The notes beneath the pieces were generated by a model, which had not been told where the DNA came from, ran no database searches, and saw only the letters and a program-made list of their open reading frames with translations. Below are positions 12,671-24,081 of a DNA stretch of 34,674 nt, in pieces (positions within the stretch are counted from its first letter, which is position 1; each line of letters opens with the position of its first letter). The DNA is taken from NCBI RefSeq assembly GCF_000281045.1, contig NW_008246073.1, positions 470,970 through 505,643 of the forward strand, written 5' to 3'. Position numbers and translations under genes: made by a program. Source of the DNA: Saprolegnia diclina VS20. Its lineage: Eukaryota.

Positions 12671-13729
12671 CTATGTCTTCATCAAGTAGCCGAGCTCATG
12701 CAGCTCGAGGAGCTCGTCGACGGTGAGCCTCTCAGGCTTGTGTCGCATGGCTTGAATGAGCTTGCCGAGGGCTACACCTTGGAGGTTCACGGGCCACGCT
12801 GGATCGTTCGGAGGTACAACAAAGTCATCGGGCACAACGTTGGTGTCGTGTAGGCTTTCGTAAATCTTCCAGCCGCGCACGCGGACTGCGAACGAGATCT
12901 CGGTGGCATCCCACGGAAACCCGAGTGACGCCAGTGCGTCGAGCTGACCGAGGGTGAGGCGCTCGGGGCGGCCGCGGATATTGTTGACGGCGAGTCCGAG
13001 TCTGATACCCCATGTCTCCTCGGGCCACGACGCATCCCCTTTTGGCACGACAAAGTCGCGCGGGACGTGCAATTCGTTGAACCGGCGGTGGTACGTCTCG
13101 AGAGCGAGTAGTTTCGCGTCCCACGATCGCTCCCACGACGACCAAACAAAACCCAGCGCGTCAAGTTGGTTCTTCTCATGCGCTGGCAGCGACTCGACCT
13201 GGTTGCGGATCGCGTTGACAACCTTTCCGAGCTTCATTCTGTGCAAGACCGGTGGCCAGACATCGTCGCTGGGCACAATGAACGCAATCGGGACGTTCAC
13301 GTGGCCTTCAAGTGCACGAAATGTCTTGAGTGCGAGGAGCTTGGTTGACCACGCAATAATCGTGCGTCCCGTGAACGGAAACGCTAGACGTTCGAGGTCG
13401 TGCTTTTGAGTCGACGAGAGCACGTTGCGCCTCCATTGCGTACGGAGGTTGTTCACAACGCGACCGAGCGCTAAATCCCATGTCTCTTCAGGCCACGTGG
13501 CGCGCATGGACGGTTCGACCTTGAAGGACTGGGGCACTTGCAGGTGGCCATGGAGCTCCTTGTAGCGCTCGAGTGCGAGCACCGTTGTGGCCCACGCTTT
13601 TCGCTGCGGTTTGACCTGGAGCTTAGGCACAAGACTCGTCGCTGCTGTCGTAATGTGCGTTCGCAATCGCTGCGGCTGGACGAGCTGCGGGCAGCGTCGG
13701 ACCAGCGTCGCCACGGCGTTGCGGAGCAT
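12671..13729 (-). CDS. Helicase-associated (HA) domain repeat protein with putative mitochondrial presequence
   Basis: Intronless ORF with four ~78-aa repeats of W...LAL..Y...HGHL.VP..F.V.....WPEETW...LG..VNN.R.......L..LGF.W. The N-terminus MLRNAVATLVRRCPQLVQPQRLRT is Arg-rich and lacks acidic residues. Confidence 0.8.
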   Translation of the reverse strand: MLRNAVATLVRRCPQLVQPQRLRTHITTAATSLVPKLQVKPQRKAWATTVLALERYKELHGHLQVPQSFKVEPSMRATWPEETWDLALGRVVNNLRTQWRRNVLSSTQKHDLERLAFPFTGRTIIAWSTKLLALKTFRALEGHVNVPIAFIVPSDDVWPPVLHRMKLGKVVNAIRNQVESLPAHEKNQLDALGFVWSSWERSWDAKLLALETYHRRFNELHVPRDFVVPKGDASWPEETWGIRLGLAVNNIRGRPERLTLGQLDALASLGFPWDATEISFAVRVRGWKIYESLHDTNVVPDDFVVPPNDPAWPVNLQGVALGKLIQAMRHKPERLTVDELLELHELGYLMKT

Positions 13730-13958
13730 GTTTGCGAACCGTGACAAAACGAACAATGAATACGTATATTGACTTCTCATTGGCCAAAAATGACGTAGGT
13801 GCTCACGTTGATTCGTGAAAAAGACGCCCAATCGTCGGCTTCAGGCGCGGTCATTGGTCAATATTTAAATTCTTACTTTGCCCCACAGCTGATGCTGACG
13901 AAAGCGAAGCGGCACGACGCTCAATACGTGTTCTGCGCTAGCTATACCGGAGACGAGA

Positions 13959-14898
13959 ATGGACGGCGCTAACAACGGCCAGCTCGCCGAAGACGAGCAA
14001 GACAGGGTGCAGAAAGCGGTCGGAATGGAGCCCAAGAGTACAGTCGAAGGATGTGACAACGATGACGACGATATGTGGGCTCAGGAACTCGAGAGAGAGC
14101 TCGCCCTTGACGGTGCGCAGTACCATGCCTCAACCATTCAACCATTCTCTTACTCATGCAAGCATTTTAGTGCACGTAAAGAAGCGCGGCATGATTCCCT
14201 TCCACTTGCCGCATGAAGTCCTCATGGTACTTATGAGCATGGTGTCCGTGGGACGCGTGTGCCGTTCTTGGAGTTTAGCCGCCGCGGAAGGTACTAGTAC
14301 CTGCTTGACATATTCACTTGGAGACTTCACTGTTCGCTAGTCACGCGCAGCAAGTACCGCAATATCTTTGAAGGACTCTTTCTCGAGCTTCTCGCCGATG
14401 ACGCCACTGGCGCGATCGCACTCGCCCGGACGGTGGAGGATGCGTTGCACGCGTTCTACGGTCTTGACCAGTGTGCGCGTAAGTCTCCCTTGCCGAGTTC
14501 TTACAATTTGTACTTGTAGCGGCTGCTTTGTTCCGAAGGCCTACAAGGAGAAGGCACGCATGCTCAAATTCAACCTCCGGGATCCGAAGAACGCACTGCT
14601 CCGCACGCGCCTCTTCCAGGGTGATCTCAGCGTCGACGCGCTAGTCCGCATGCGGTCCAGCGACATGGCCAATCCGCTCTTGGTCCAACAACGCAAGGAA
14701 TGGATCAAAAAACGAACGCGCGAGGTCACACGGAACATGCGCGACCTCTCTGGCTTTATGTACTCGACGGACCTCTTCAACTGCCCGTCATGCGGCAGCA
14801 ACGAGACGCAACACAGCCAGGGCCGGCGTAAAGCCATGGCCGACCGCGTCTGCATCGTCGTCATCTGCTGTAAATGTCCGTACCGGTGGCAAGTTTAG
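13959..14898 (+). CDS. TFIIS-like protein (central domain + C-terminal Zn ribbon) with N-terminal F-box-like motif; divergent catalytic loop
   Basis: Four predicted exons. Motifs: YKEKARMLKFNLRDPKNALLR..L.RM.S.DMA (TFIIS domain II), STDLFNCPSC...CCKCPYRW (domain III Zn ribbon) and, in exon 2, FHLPHEVLMVLMSMVSVGRVCRSW. Confidence 0.8.
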
Positions 14899-14927
14899 TC
14901 GTAACCATCAAGTACACTAGGAACTAA

Positions 14928-15730
14928 GGGTGCGTTCGGTTCACCGCGTACAAGTACTTTCAAAGCACATATCGCAAATCCGCATAACTTCGATTGCAAG
15001 GTTTTTCGATACGTGCTTTTTGTTACGCGGATTGCAAAATCGCGTTCGGTTCATCGATGTACGCCGACTTCGGTTTTTTTAGGACAGCGCATGGATGGTC
15101 CTGCGCGACGCGACCCGAGCAGCAAGCGAGGGTCCTCAATGCGATGAGTGGCGGCGTACAAGGTAAGCGCTTGAGACGTCTGTCGACGGCGCATACCCTC
15201 GATGCGCTACTCCTCCTCATACGCCTCGTGCCGGCTTCGCTAGGGGCTGCTTGGTGGAGCGACGAGGTAGCGGGCGCTCGACCTCGGAGAGAACGCTTGT
15301 CGAGTCGATGAGCAAGCAACACGACGCGCTCTGCGTGTGTACTGTTAGCATCACTAATCTAACCTAGCGCGCCCGTCGTCCGCGGCGGCATGCGCTCCCT
15401 GGTCCTTCCAAGCGTGTCGACTTGGCGCGCTGCGGTCATTGTCGCGGCCATGTCGCTGCTGGAAATCAAATCAGGGATCTGTGAAAAAAGGACCCAAATT
15501 AGGTTTTTCCGATCGAGGGCAGGATATATCCCAAAGCATCCCAACGTTCGCCGCTGGTTTGTGTCGGCTGGCCGGCTGAGGCGTTTTTTGAAAATACGTG
15601 CTTTGACGGCAAAGTACGCCAAGCTACGCGGATTTGAACCGAATGCGCCGCGTAACATTTTTTTTCGAAGTTACGTGGATGGCCTCGAAGTACGTGAAAA
15701 GCACGTGCTTTGGACGAACGGAACGCACCC
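14928..15730. mobile_element. Non-autonomous PIF/Harbinger (Tourist-like) DNA transposon/MITE, 803 bp
   Basis: Terminal inverted repeats GGGTGCGTTCGGTTC (14928-14942) and GAACGGAACGCACCC (15716-15730) match at 14/15 positions. TAA lies directly on both sides (14925-14927, 15731-15733). Subterminal motifs are repeated, and there is no transposase ORF. Confidence 0.8.
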
Positions 15731-15926
15731 TAAGAAGCTGTTGAGTGATTTGTCCAGACCATGGACCACCACCACACGACGGTTTGCTGGCGGAATCGCC
15801 GAAAACACCGAGTCGGAAGATCTCGACACTGCGTCGTGGTACACGCTGATTGGTGAAAATCGTGTATCCGGATATCTGGCGTTGCACAGGGGCCGCAAGC
15901 CGACTTTGTAGAAACGGACGAGCAGC

Positions 15927-18900
15927 ATGTGGGTCAAGAGCCCCGAGGAGGAAGCGTTCTACGGGCGCATGTTCGCGCTCGCTGACGTCGACAAGAACGG
16001 CAAGGTGCAAGGGAAGAAAGCGGTCGACTTCTTCACCACGAGCGGACTAGCACCCAGCGTGCTCAAGCAGGTACGCCGTCGCAACACAACGACGATGCTC
16101 CATGCACCATAGGTCTGGAGCCTCGCGAGCTCGAAGATGCAGCCGTATCTGGACCAAGATGAGTTCCACGTAGCCTTGGGTCTCATCGCGCTGGCGCAGA
16201 AGGGTGAGGCATTGGACCTCGCCGCCCTCGTTGCGGCGGGTCGCGCCCGACAGCTACCACTGCCTTTGTTCCACCTCGCCGACATATTTGTCATGACGCC
16301 GAGCGATGAAGAGAAGTACGCGAGCATCTTTCGTACGTCGGCGCCAAGCGGGACCATTGCGCCGACCGAGGCGATCGAGCTCTTCCAAAAGTCGGGCCTC
16401 GCCCTTGCGGTACGGTCGCCATGCACTCGCTCAGGTGCTCATGGAGCCCACGCTATTAGGACGTCCAAGCAATTTACAAGCTCGTGGACCCAACACTCTT
16501 GACAGCACTCCCGCAGCAGGCGTTCACGATCGCAATGCACGTCATCGTGTGCAAGACGCGCCGTGGTCTCACGCAGCTGCCCATGTCGGTGCCCCGCGAG
16601 TGGTTTCCAACGCTTTTCTCATCTTCGTTGGCATCACTTGCGCAGTGCACATCCGCCGACGACATGCTCAGCATGCAGGTAACTAACCACTTACAACCCT
16701 ACCGCCTTATACGATTATTCAAAAATGGCAGGCCTCCATCCAGGCAACACTGCAGAAGACAGTCGCGAGCCTCCCTGTCGTAGTTGTGCCGTCGGTCTCA
16801 TCCATTGTGGCACCGCTGCAAGCGCTGGGGTATCACTTGCCCGACACAGCCATGATGCTCAGCGAGTCGTCGCTTCGCGAGCTCGAGGGCGTCTTGCTGA
16901 CATACGTACAGGGAGTCCAGAAGGACTTGCTCTTATCGTCGCCGGAAGGAGTGCCGCTTGCGACGCTGGTGCAGACCCTTTCCAATTTGAAGACGCAGTC
17001 GGCGCGTCTTTTGGAGCAAAAAGAGGCAGCGATGTCTCGTCACGGTAGCCGTCATCCAGGTCTCCACGTCGACACGAAAGCCAGCAGTAGTTACGTTGAC
17101 GCGCCGCCGTCGTTTCCAGGTAACTTTGGCTAATGCATGCGTCGATTGATTGCGTATCATCATGCTTTTTGCATCTCTCTAGCGCCGACAGCAGGCTGGG
17201 ATGCGTTCGAAGCCGCTCCAGCGCCCATCTTGCCGACGCAGACCGTACCAGAGCCCTTGCTTTTCTCGCCAACCGGGGCCGGGGATCCATTCGGTTTTGA
17301 CATCCTGGGTGGCACTGGGGGCAGCTTTACTGCGCCGATGGTTGCCTCGACGCACGTTGTCGCTACCGAGAAGCCCGTGCTCGACGCGTTTGCGTCCGCG
17401 TCATCGTCGTCGTTCAGCGCGTTTGATGCGATGAACGACATGGACTGGGGCTTTGCTGACAACCAGTACGAGCCCGTACCCGAGTTGGACGAGGCGACAG
17501 AGGTCACGAAGACAGCACCAAAGAAGATTGACAGCAACGAGCTGTTCCGGGCACCAAAAACTCAAGCACCGAACGTGCACGGCTTCGATAGCCCGTCGTT
17601 TGGCTCGGCAACATCTGCTCCAGAGCCCACGGCAAAAAATGCGTTTGGGGTCTTCCCTGCTCCGGCCGTCAAAGACCTCGGTGCGTTTCCGCCGATGGAT
17701 GTGCCATCATTTGGGTCGTTTGCAGCGACGGCGAACTCGGACGGCTTTGCAGACGCCCCCACTACTCATGGCTTTCAAGCCTTCGGTGCCGAGACTGTGA
17801 CCGGCGACGGCTTTGGCCCGTTTGCATCCTCGGATGCTGGTGCTTTCGCTTCTGCTCTTACCGCGTCGGGTGGCGACTTTAGTGCGTTTTCGTCCCCAGG
17901 TGCCGATGGATTCGGCACCATTGGAGCCACAGAGGCTAGCCCAAGCTTCGGTGCATTTGACGCACCTTCGGACGCGCCGGTGGCAGTTGACTTTGGCGCG
18001 TTTACACCAGCACCAGACGCACCGGCAGCGAACGGCTTTGCGTCCAGCGGCTTCGGGGCATTTGACGCTGCGCCATCTGTCGATGATGATGGCTTTGCGG
18101 CATTTACCAGCAAGTTGGAGACGTCCGCTGCGTTTGACGGCTCGAGTTTTGCGGCTTCATCCACTGGTGACGCGCCTTTGCCGACAGCTTTTGCTTTTTC
18201 GTCGAGCGAGGTGGTATCAACAGCAGAGACCGATGGCTTTGGGGCTTTCAACGAGTCGTCGGTGGTTTGTGATGTGTCCCCCGCGTCCGAAGCTTTTCCA
18301 GCGTTTGCTGCTGCCGAGTTCTCACCGCCGCCGGCCGACGACTCGTTCGGGGCGTTTGCACCCACCGATGCTTCGACGACCGATGGTTTTGGTGCGTTTC
18401 CCGCGTTTGAGCCCAATGCCGCCGTTTCGTCAGACGCCGTAGCAGAAGTGGTCGTCGACACGCTTCCAACGCCCGAAGAACTGGTCAACGTCTGTGGTAG
18501 CGACACGAGCGCGGTGTTCTGTGCGTCCGCCTTGCCCCACGATGCGGACTTGCGGGGCGACTCGCAGGCGCCGGCAGCGACGGAAGATGGCTCGGTGCCT
18601 GTCGATCTTTCGGAAAGCAGCTTCGTTACGGGCCCCATCATCGAAGCGGCATCCAACCCGTTGCCGAANNNNNNNNNNNNNNNNNNNNNNNNNNNNNNNN
18701 NNNNNNNNNNNNNNNNNNNNNNNNNNNNNNNNNNNNNNNNNNNNNNNNNNNNNNNNNNNNNNNNNNNNNNNNNNNNNNNNNNNNNNNNNNNNNNNNNNNN
18801 NNNNNNNNNNNNNNNNNNNNNNNNNNNNNNNNNNNNNNNNNNNNNNNNNNNNNNNNNNNNNNNNNNNNNNNNNNNNNNNNNNNNNNNNNNNNNNNNNNNN

Positions 18901-19772
18901 NNNNNNNNNNNNNNNNNNNNNNNNNNNNNNNNNNNNNNNNNNNNNNNNNNNNNNNNNNNNNNNNNNNNNNNNNNNNNNNNNNNNNNNNNNNNNNNNNNNN
19001 NNNNNNNNNNNNNNNNNNNNNNNNNNNNNNNNNNNNNNNNNNNNNNNNNNNNNNNNNNNNNNNNNNNNNNNNNGTCCCAACGCCAAGGGAAGGTGCGTTC
19101 GCCTTGAGCCAAGAGGACGTCGCTTCTGTGACGCCGCCGGCAACGGAGTCGGTGCCTGTCGACGAGCCAAGTGATCCCCCGACGACTCCCTTCGAGTTGG
19201 AGGAGTTTGTCAACCCCCCGGTTGCACCATCGTTGGTAGCACCGACGCTGTCGACATCGTGCGGTGCCAGCGTTGATCATCCGCTGGCGGCCACCAACGC
19301 TGCCACAGAGACGAACATCACGGCCGTTGCGCAGGATGTCGTCTTGGACCGCGACGGATCGTTCGTATTCGTCGCGTCGGCCAACGCCCCGACGATGTCG
19401 TCCGAGCCGATGGTCGTGGCCGACGACGACTGCGGCTGCTTTTGTGTGCCCGACAGTGGTTTTGCCGATTTTGCTTCGCCAATCGCAGCGCCGTTGACCG
19501 AGTCGGGCACGTCGACGGTACCCGTGCCACCCAGCGACGACATTTTTGGCGATTTTCAGTTTGCACCCGCGCCGTCGTTTGCTGCTTTCGCAACGGCGCC
19601 AGCCAACTCGGGGACGGCGGCACCGGACACAGCGTTTTCGAGTCTTCCAGCGCACCCGTCGGATGACATCTTTGCTGATTTTGCCGACTTCACTTCGGCG
19701 ACGACCGCAGCCAACTGGGCGTCGTTCTCGCCCCCTGCCGCGCCAACGGCCTCGGACGACTTCACATTCTAG
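15927..19772 (+). CDS. EH-domain endocytic/clathrin-adaptor accessory protein (Eps15/gamma-synergin-like), spans assembly gap
   Basis: Two EH domains (FALADVDKNGKVQGKKAVDFFTTSGL..VLKQVWSLA; EKYASIF..AIELFQKSGL), then a long low-complexity tail with many DGFGAF/DFGAF/DIFGDF/DPF motifs, ending WASF..DDFTF*. Continuity across the gap is inferred. Confidence 0.8.
18669..19073. other. Assembly gap (405 N)
   Basis: Run of N inside the low-complexity exon of the EH protein. The flanking coding frames differ, so the gap length is probably an estimate. Confidence 0.98.
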
Positions 19773-19816
19773 CCTTGTCGCCAACGGCCTCGGACGACTA
19801 CACATTCCAGCCTTGT
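19741..19816 (+). repeat. 38-bp tandem duplication spanning the stop codon of the EH gene
   Basis: cgccaacggcctcggacgacttcacattctagccttgt / cgccaacggcctcggacgactacacattccagccttgt, 2 mismatches. Confidence 0.9.
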
Positions 19817-19877
19817 CGCATAATGTAACAAAGCGTTTTTGCGGTTACCACTGAGCGTTGCGTCGCGAGCGAGCATT

Positions 19878-22039
19878 ATGAGCGTCACCTGGCCGAGCCT
19901 CGAGACGCGGACGCCACCAATCGTCGTCGTCGACGTCCACCGCGTCGTACGTCGGTCCATTCATTCAACGCATACTCTCATGTTCGCAGGCGTACTCGGA
20001 CGTCCCGACGCCCCAAGAGGTCGCCCTCTCCAAGGAGCTTCTTGCGCTACAAGCTGACCGCGACGTCATCGAAGCGCGCTGCCAAAAGGAGATTGTCCAG
20101 CTCGAGACACGCCTCCACGAGTACCTCTGACTTTGTCCCAACCTGATGACGATGCAATCTTTATAGAGCAGACCTTCGCGAAAGCGAGCTTCTCCAGCGC
20201 CTGCAAGCGACACATCTCGATCATGTTGAGCACGAGCATGCCGCTGTTTTGGCCGAACGCGATGCGTGGAAAGACCGGCTCGAGGCCATGCAAGCAGAAG
20301 TCCAAAAGCACAAGATCGCCCAGCGCGCCGAGGATGCGTGGCACCACCGGTACTTGCAGCTGCCAACCGATAGTTCTTATATGCCCTCGTAGGTTTGGTG
20401 AGCATATGATCGCGTCGCGGGCAACCACGTCTGGCGCCGACGTCGTCTTTAGCCGCTTTGGACAAACGATCGCGCTTTTGCCAGCGTTTGAAGCGCACAA
20501 TGTCGTCCGTGCCGGGTCCCTCGCATTTCTCGCCAACATCCTTCGAGAAACTGAGAGCGACATGGTCGTCGGCCCTGTACTTGTTGCCCTCACGCATATT
20601 GCAATCGCCCACGACGAGCTGCGCCATGCGATCGTACTGGCACACGCTCTCTCACCGCTTGTCCACCTTCTTGAAACGAGCTCCAATCCTGCTGTGCTCA
20701 CCGAAGCCGCACGGCTTCTCGCGGCGCTGGCTTCGGCGGCTTCAAACAAGACACCACTGGCAACCAAACCGACCGTCAAAGCCCTCGGATGTCTTCTCTT
20801 AGTGCACGAGGCGTCGCCGTCCGTGCTTGCGGCTTCACTGGCGGCACTCGTGAATCTCACCCACAGTGCGCATTTGCTTGTAATTGACATGGCTGCACGG
20901 TTTGCGTGTGTCTCGTAGGCGCTGACGTGCTGCGAACGCAGGTCGTGAACGCCAATGTCGTGCCTATTGTGTCGCGTCTCCTTGGAGAAACTACGGACGT
21001 CGCCGTCCAGGTCGAAGCAGCAAACGTACTGTGCAACGTAAGCTTCGCGGGAGTCTCTAACCAAACGACCGTGCTAATGGCACAAGGCGACGCCGAGCTG
21101 GTATCTCGGCTGCGCGACAGCACCAAAATCGACAATAGCAGCGACCTTGTCCGACGGCTTCAGCGAAGCGCAGCCTTGGCCGTTGCAAACCTGGCATCCA
21201 CGTCGTCGGCGCAGATTGCGCTTGGCTACTGCGACGTGAGTACGTCGTGTTTGCAGCTGCTTGTCGATGCCAAGCACCCGCCGGTCCTTGAAGCGTGTGG
21301 TATTATTGCTTGCTTTTGAACGAAGTCGTAGTCATTATACTCTGCTTGATAGCGCTCGTTGTCGCTGCATTGTGTTACCAGTGCAAGGTCAATAAGGTGC
21401 GGCTCGCAGCCCAGAACGGTCTGCACGTGTGTGTTTATGTTCTCGGCGAGCCCCGGCGATTTGGCGCCGATGACGCTGTCCTGACTGCGACGTGCTTGGC
21501 AGTAGCGACGCTTGTGCTCACCGACGCCAACGCGAGGACATTTGATGATGTCGACGGCCCCTCAGTGCTCGTCCAGCTGTGTCTCAGAGCGACAACACCA
21601 ACGCTTCTCGAGGCGAGTGCGATGGCAATCGCAGCGTTGGTACCAACACCCGAGTTCAAGCACAAGCATCTGTCGTGCGGCAAAGTTCTTGCCGTCGAAC
21701 GGGCCGGCGGCCTCACGGCCCTGGAGCGCGCGGCCCACTCACTCTATGGTAGCGTCAGTGCAGCCGTGCCGTCGTGGCTGCAGACGGCCCTAACGATCTT
21801 TCGCGCTTCCTTGGGTAAAGGCGGCAAGATGAAACCTGCTGACAAAGACCGTAGGCGAGATCAAGGCCAGTGTGACGCTCCAGGCAAGCGACGTGGACGT
21901 CACGAACCCAAAGTCAGACGAACTTGAGAGCGTTCTGCCCGAAGTGTATCCGCGTTCGTACCTCGGCCGCCAAGTGCTCTCACAGATTCTCCCCGACCCT
22001 GTCTGCACCGAGTATTACAGGCCCAAGTCGGCAGCATAG
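19878..22039 (+). CDS. Armadillo-repeat protein, multi-exon
   Basis: ATG at 19878, a short coiled-coil, then ARM-like helical repeats (LSPLVHLL..EAARLLAALA; VQVEAANVLCNVS; AALAVANLA) across ORFs 20133-20918, 20906-21319 and 21295-21927. The last exon ends YRPKSAA* at 22039. Confidence 0.7.
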
Positions 22040-22140
22040 TAGTAATGTTTGTACAATATGCATCTTTATTTCAAGGGTTAGGTGGCAGGCAAGGCGCTGG
22101 GCTAACGGATGAGCAGAATCGTGTTAGATAGTTCGAGTAG

Positions 22141-24081
22141 CTAGACTTCGTCGGCCGTGCGGGGACGCTTCATCGAACTCTCGTCGCAAGCCTTGGGACA
22201 TATCAATACTCGCGTGCAGACATGTAGTATCCGTACCTCGTCAAGGCCGCGCTTCGTCACGAGTGGGCTTCCTGGCGCCAGCTGGGACGGCAAGATAACC
22301 TTGAGCTTCGACGACGCGACGACGCTGTCATAGCAGTACTTGTGGAAGATTGTTTCCTTCGGCGGCGACGTCTGGATCGTGCCGCGCACCGCATTCTGGT
22401 ACATCCACTCTTCCTCGTCATCGTCCCAGCACTTGGAGAATTGCTCGCTACACACAGCAATGAGCGTCAACGATGCGCCGGATGGAACATACCCGCAGAT
22501 GCGGCATTTGGTGGTCGCTTCGTCGACAGGCACGCGGGCTTGGTCCAGCACATCCTTGTCGACCTCTACCAAGGTATTCGTGAGCTCTACAAAAACGGAT
22601 TTTCAAATCGTACCAGCTTCTTGTTGCGCAATGGCAGCAACGCCGTCGACTTCCTTTGTGCTGGAGACGGCGCAAAAATCGGTGGCCCATTGCTACGCAC
22701 GAATCGTAAGTCGATGCCATTCGAACATGGTCGAGTTGCAACGAAGGCGTACCTCTTCGTCAGGGTACCATGGACGCGAGTTGCCGCCCTTCGTGCGCTC
22801 GCGCTGAGCGCGGTTGTATTGGAACAAAAAGTCCATGTGCTCAGAGAGCTATTCACAGCGATAAGAAGGCTAAACAGCGAGAGCAGTGACCAACTGTACC
22901 TGCTTCTCGTTAGCAAAGCGGACACCGCTGCCAGCACAGACGAACGGGAGACCCTCGTAAAGAAGGTAGATGTTTGCGTCGATGCGACGCTTGTTGACTT
23001 GGATATCGGAGCACTTGAGACCCGACGTGGCCGGCGCGAGCGAGCCTGGCGCTGTGATACCTTGGAGCTTTTGCAAGATCATCATAACTTCGGCAGTCGT
23101 CTTTTGGGTGGGTGGCTGCTGGCCGAGTGGTGGCGACCGGGACGGTGCAGGCACAGGTCGTCGGTGCGTTGGTTGATGTTGCTGCGACAGCTGGTGCGCA
23201 GCAGAAGGACGCTGTTGGTAAGCGAGTACGTTGCGGGGCGGCGGTTGCTGCGTACGGGGGTTGTTGCCATACCGCGGGTCGCGAGGATCACGAGGGTCAC
23301 GCAGTTCCGGCATCGGGCGCGTGCGAGGGGAGCGCGGTCGCATCAGTTCGGGCTGCATCGGAGCGTGGCGTTGGGGCGGCGGTTGTTGACGTGGCGGCGA
23401 ACGCGGCCGGGCAAGCGTGGCTTGCTGAAGTGGGCCTTGGTGTTGCATACTCTTGTGGAAGTCGAGGAGCTGCGCATAATACGCGGGGTTCGACATGCGC
23501 ACGTCTTCGAGGCTCATGTGCTGCGCGGGGTGGATGCCTTCTTCATTCTGGAGGTTCGTCAAGAGGAGGCGGAGTTGCATGTCGTCGGCGACGGGGCGCG
23601 TAGCAGCAGGTCGAGCTGGCGGTGCAGGTCGCGCGGCAAAGCTTGTTGGCTGGTTCGTGGGCTGCGCGACGCGAGTTGCAGAGTCGGTGGCGGCGCGCAT
23701 TCGGGCGAGGTCGTTCTCCGGGAAGAGGCGGACTTTCTCCCACGTATTCAACACATGAACAAATCGCTTCAAGTCGGTTGGATTCACAACTCTAACGCAC
23801 TCTACGAAGACAGGCGGAAGGCTGCCGCCGAGAAGCTGCACGTACGGCCCGCCAACGTTTTTCAAGATCGAGTCCATGAGGTACAAGATCGGGAGCTTGA
23901 AGGCGGGCACGACACCGTGCAGCTTCGAGACCAAGAAGGTCGCCAGCGGCTTGGCCATCGCCAGGTTCTCCGCAATCATCGTGAGGTTGTTGATGATCGG
24001 TTTGGCCGGGTACGCGCCCAGCTTGTTGAGCGTCTCGTCGTACTGGGCCAAGGAGGCCGCGACGCCCACGTTGTCGCCCAT
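22141..24081 (-). CDS. PCF11: Pcf11-like pre-mRNA cleavage/polyadenylation and termination factor
   Basis: N-terminal CID domain (AKPIINNLTMIAE; KLPILYLMDSILKNVG.PY), Q/P-rich middle, and C-terminal Pcf11 zinc-finger region (HMDFLF..N...SRPWY; VPVDE..KCRICG; FSKCWDDDEEEWMYQNAV; IFHKYC). Confidence 0.88.

Noticed and set aside
15390..15911. 173-aa ORF as a possible transposase
   Set aside because: It runs through the right TIR out of the element and has no DDE or Myb motifs.
17775..19805. 676-aa - strand ORF and other ORFs crossing the N run
   Set aside because: Artefacts of translating Ns and of antisense low-complexity coding sequence.
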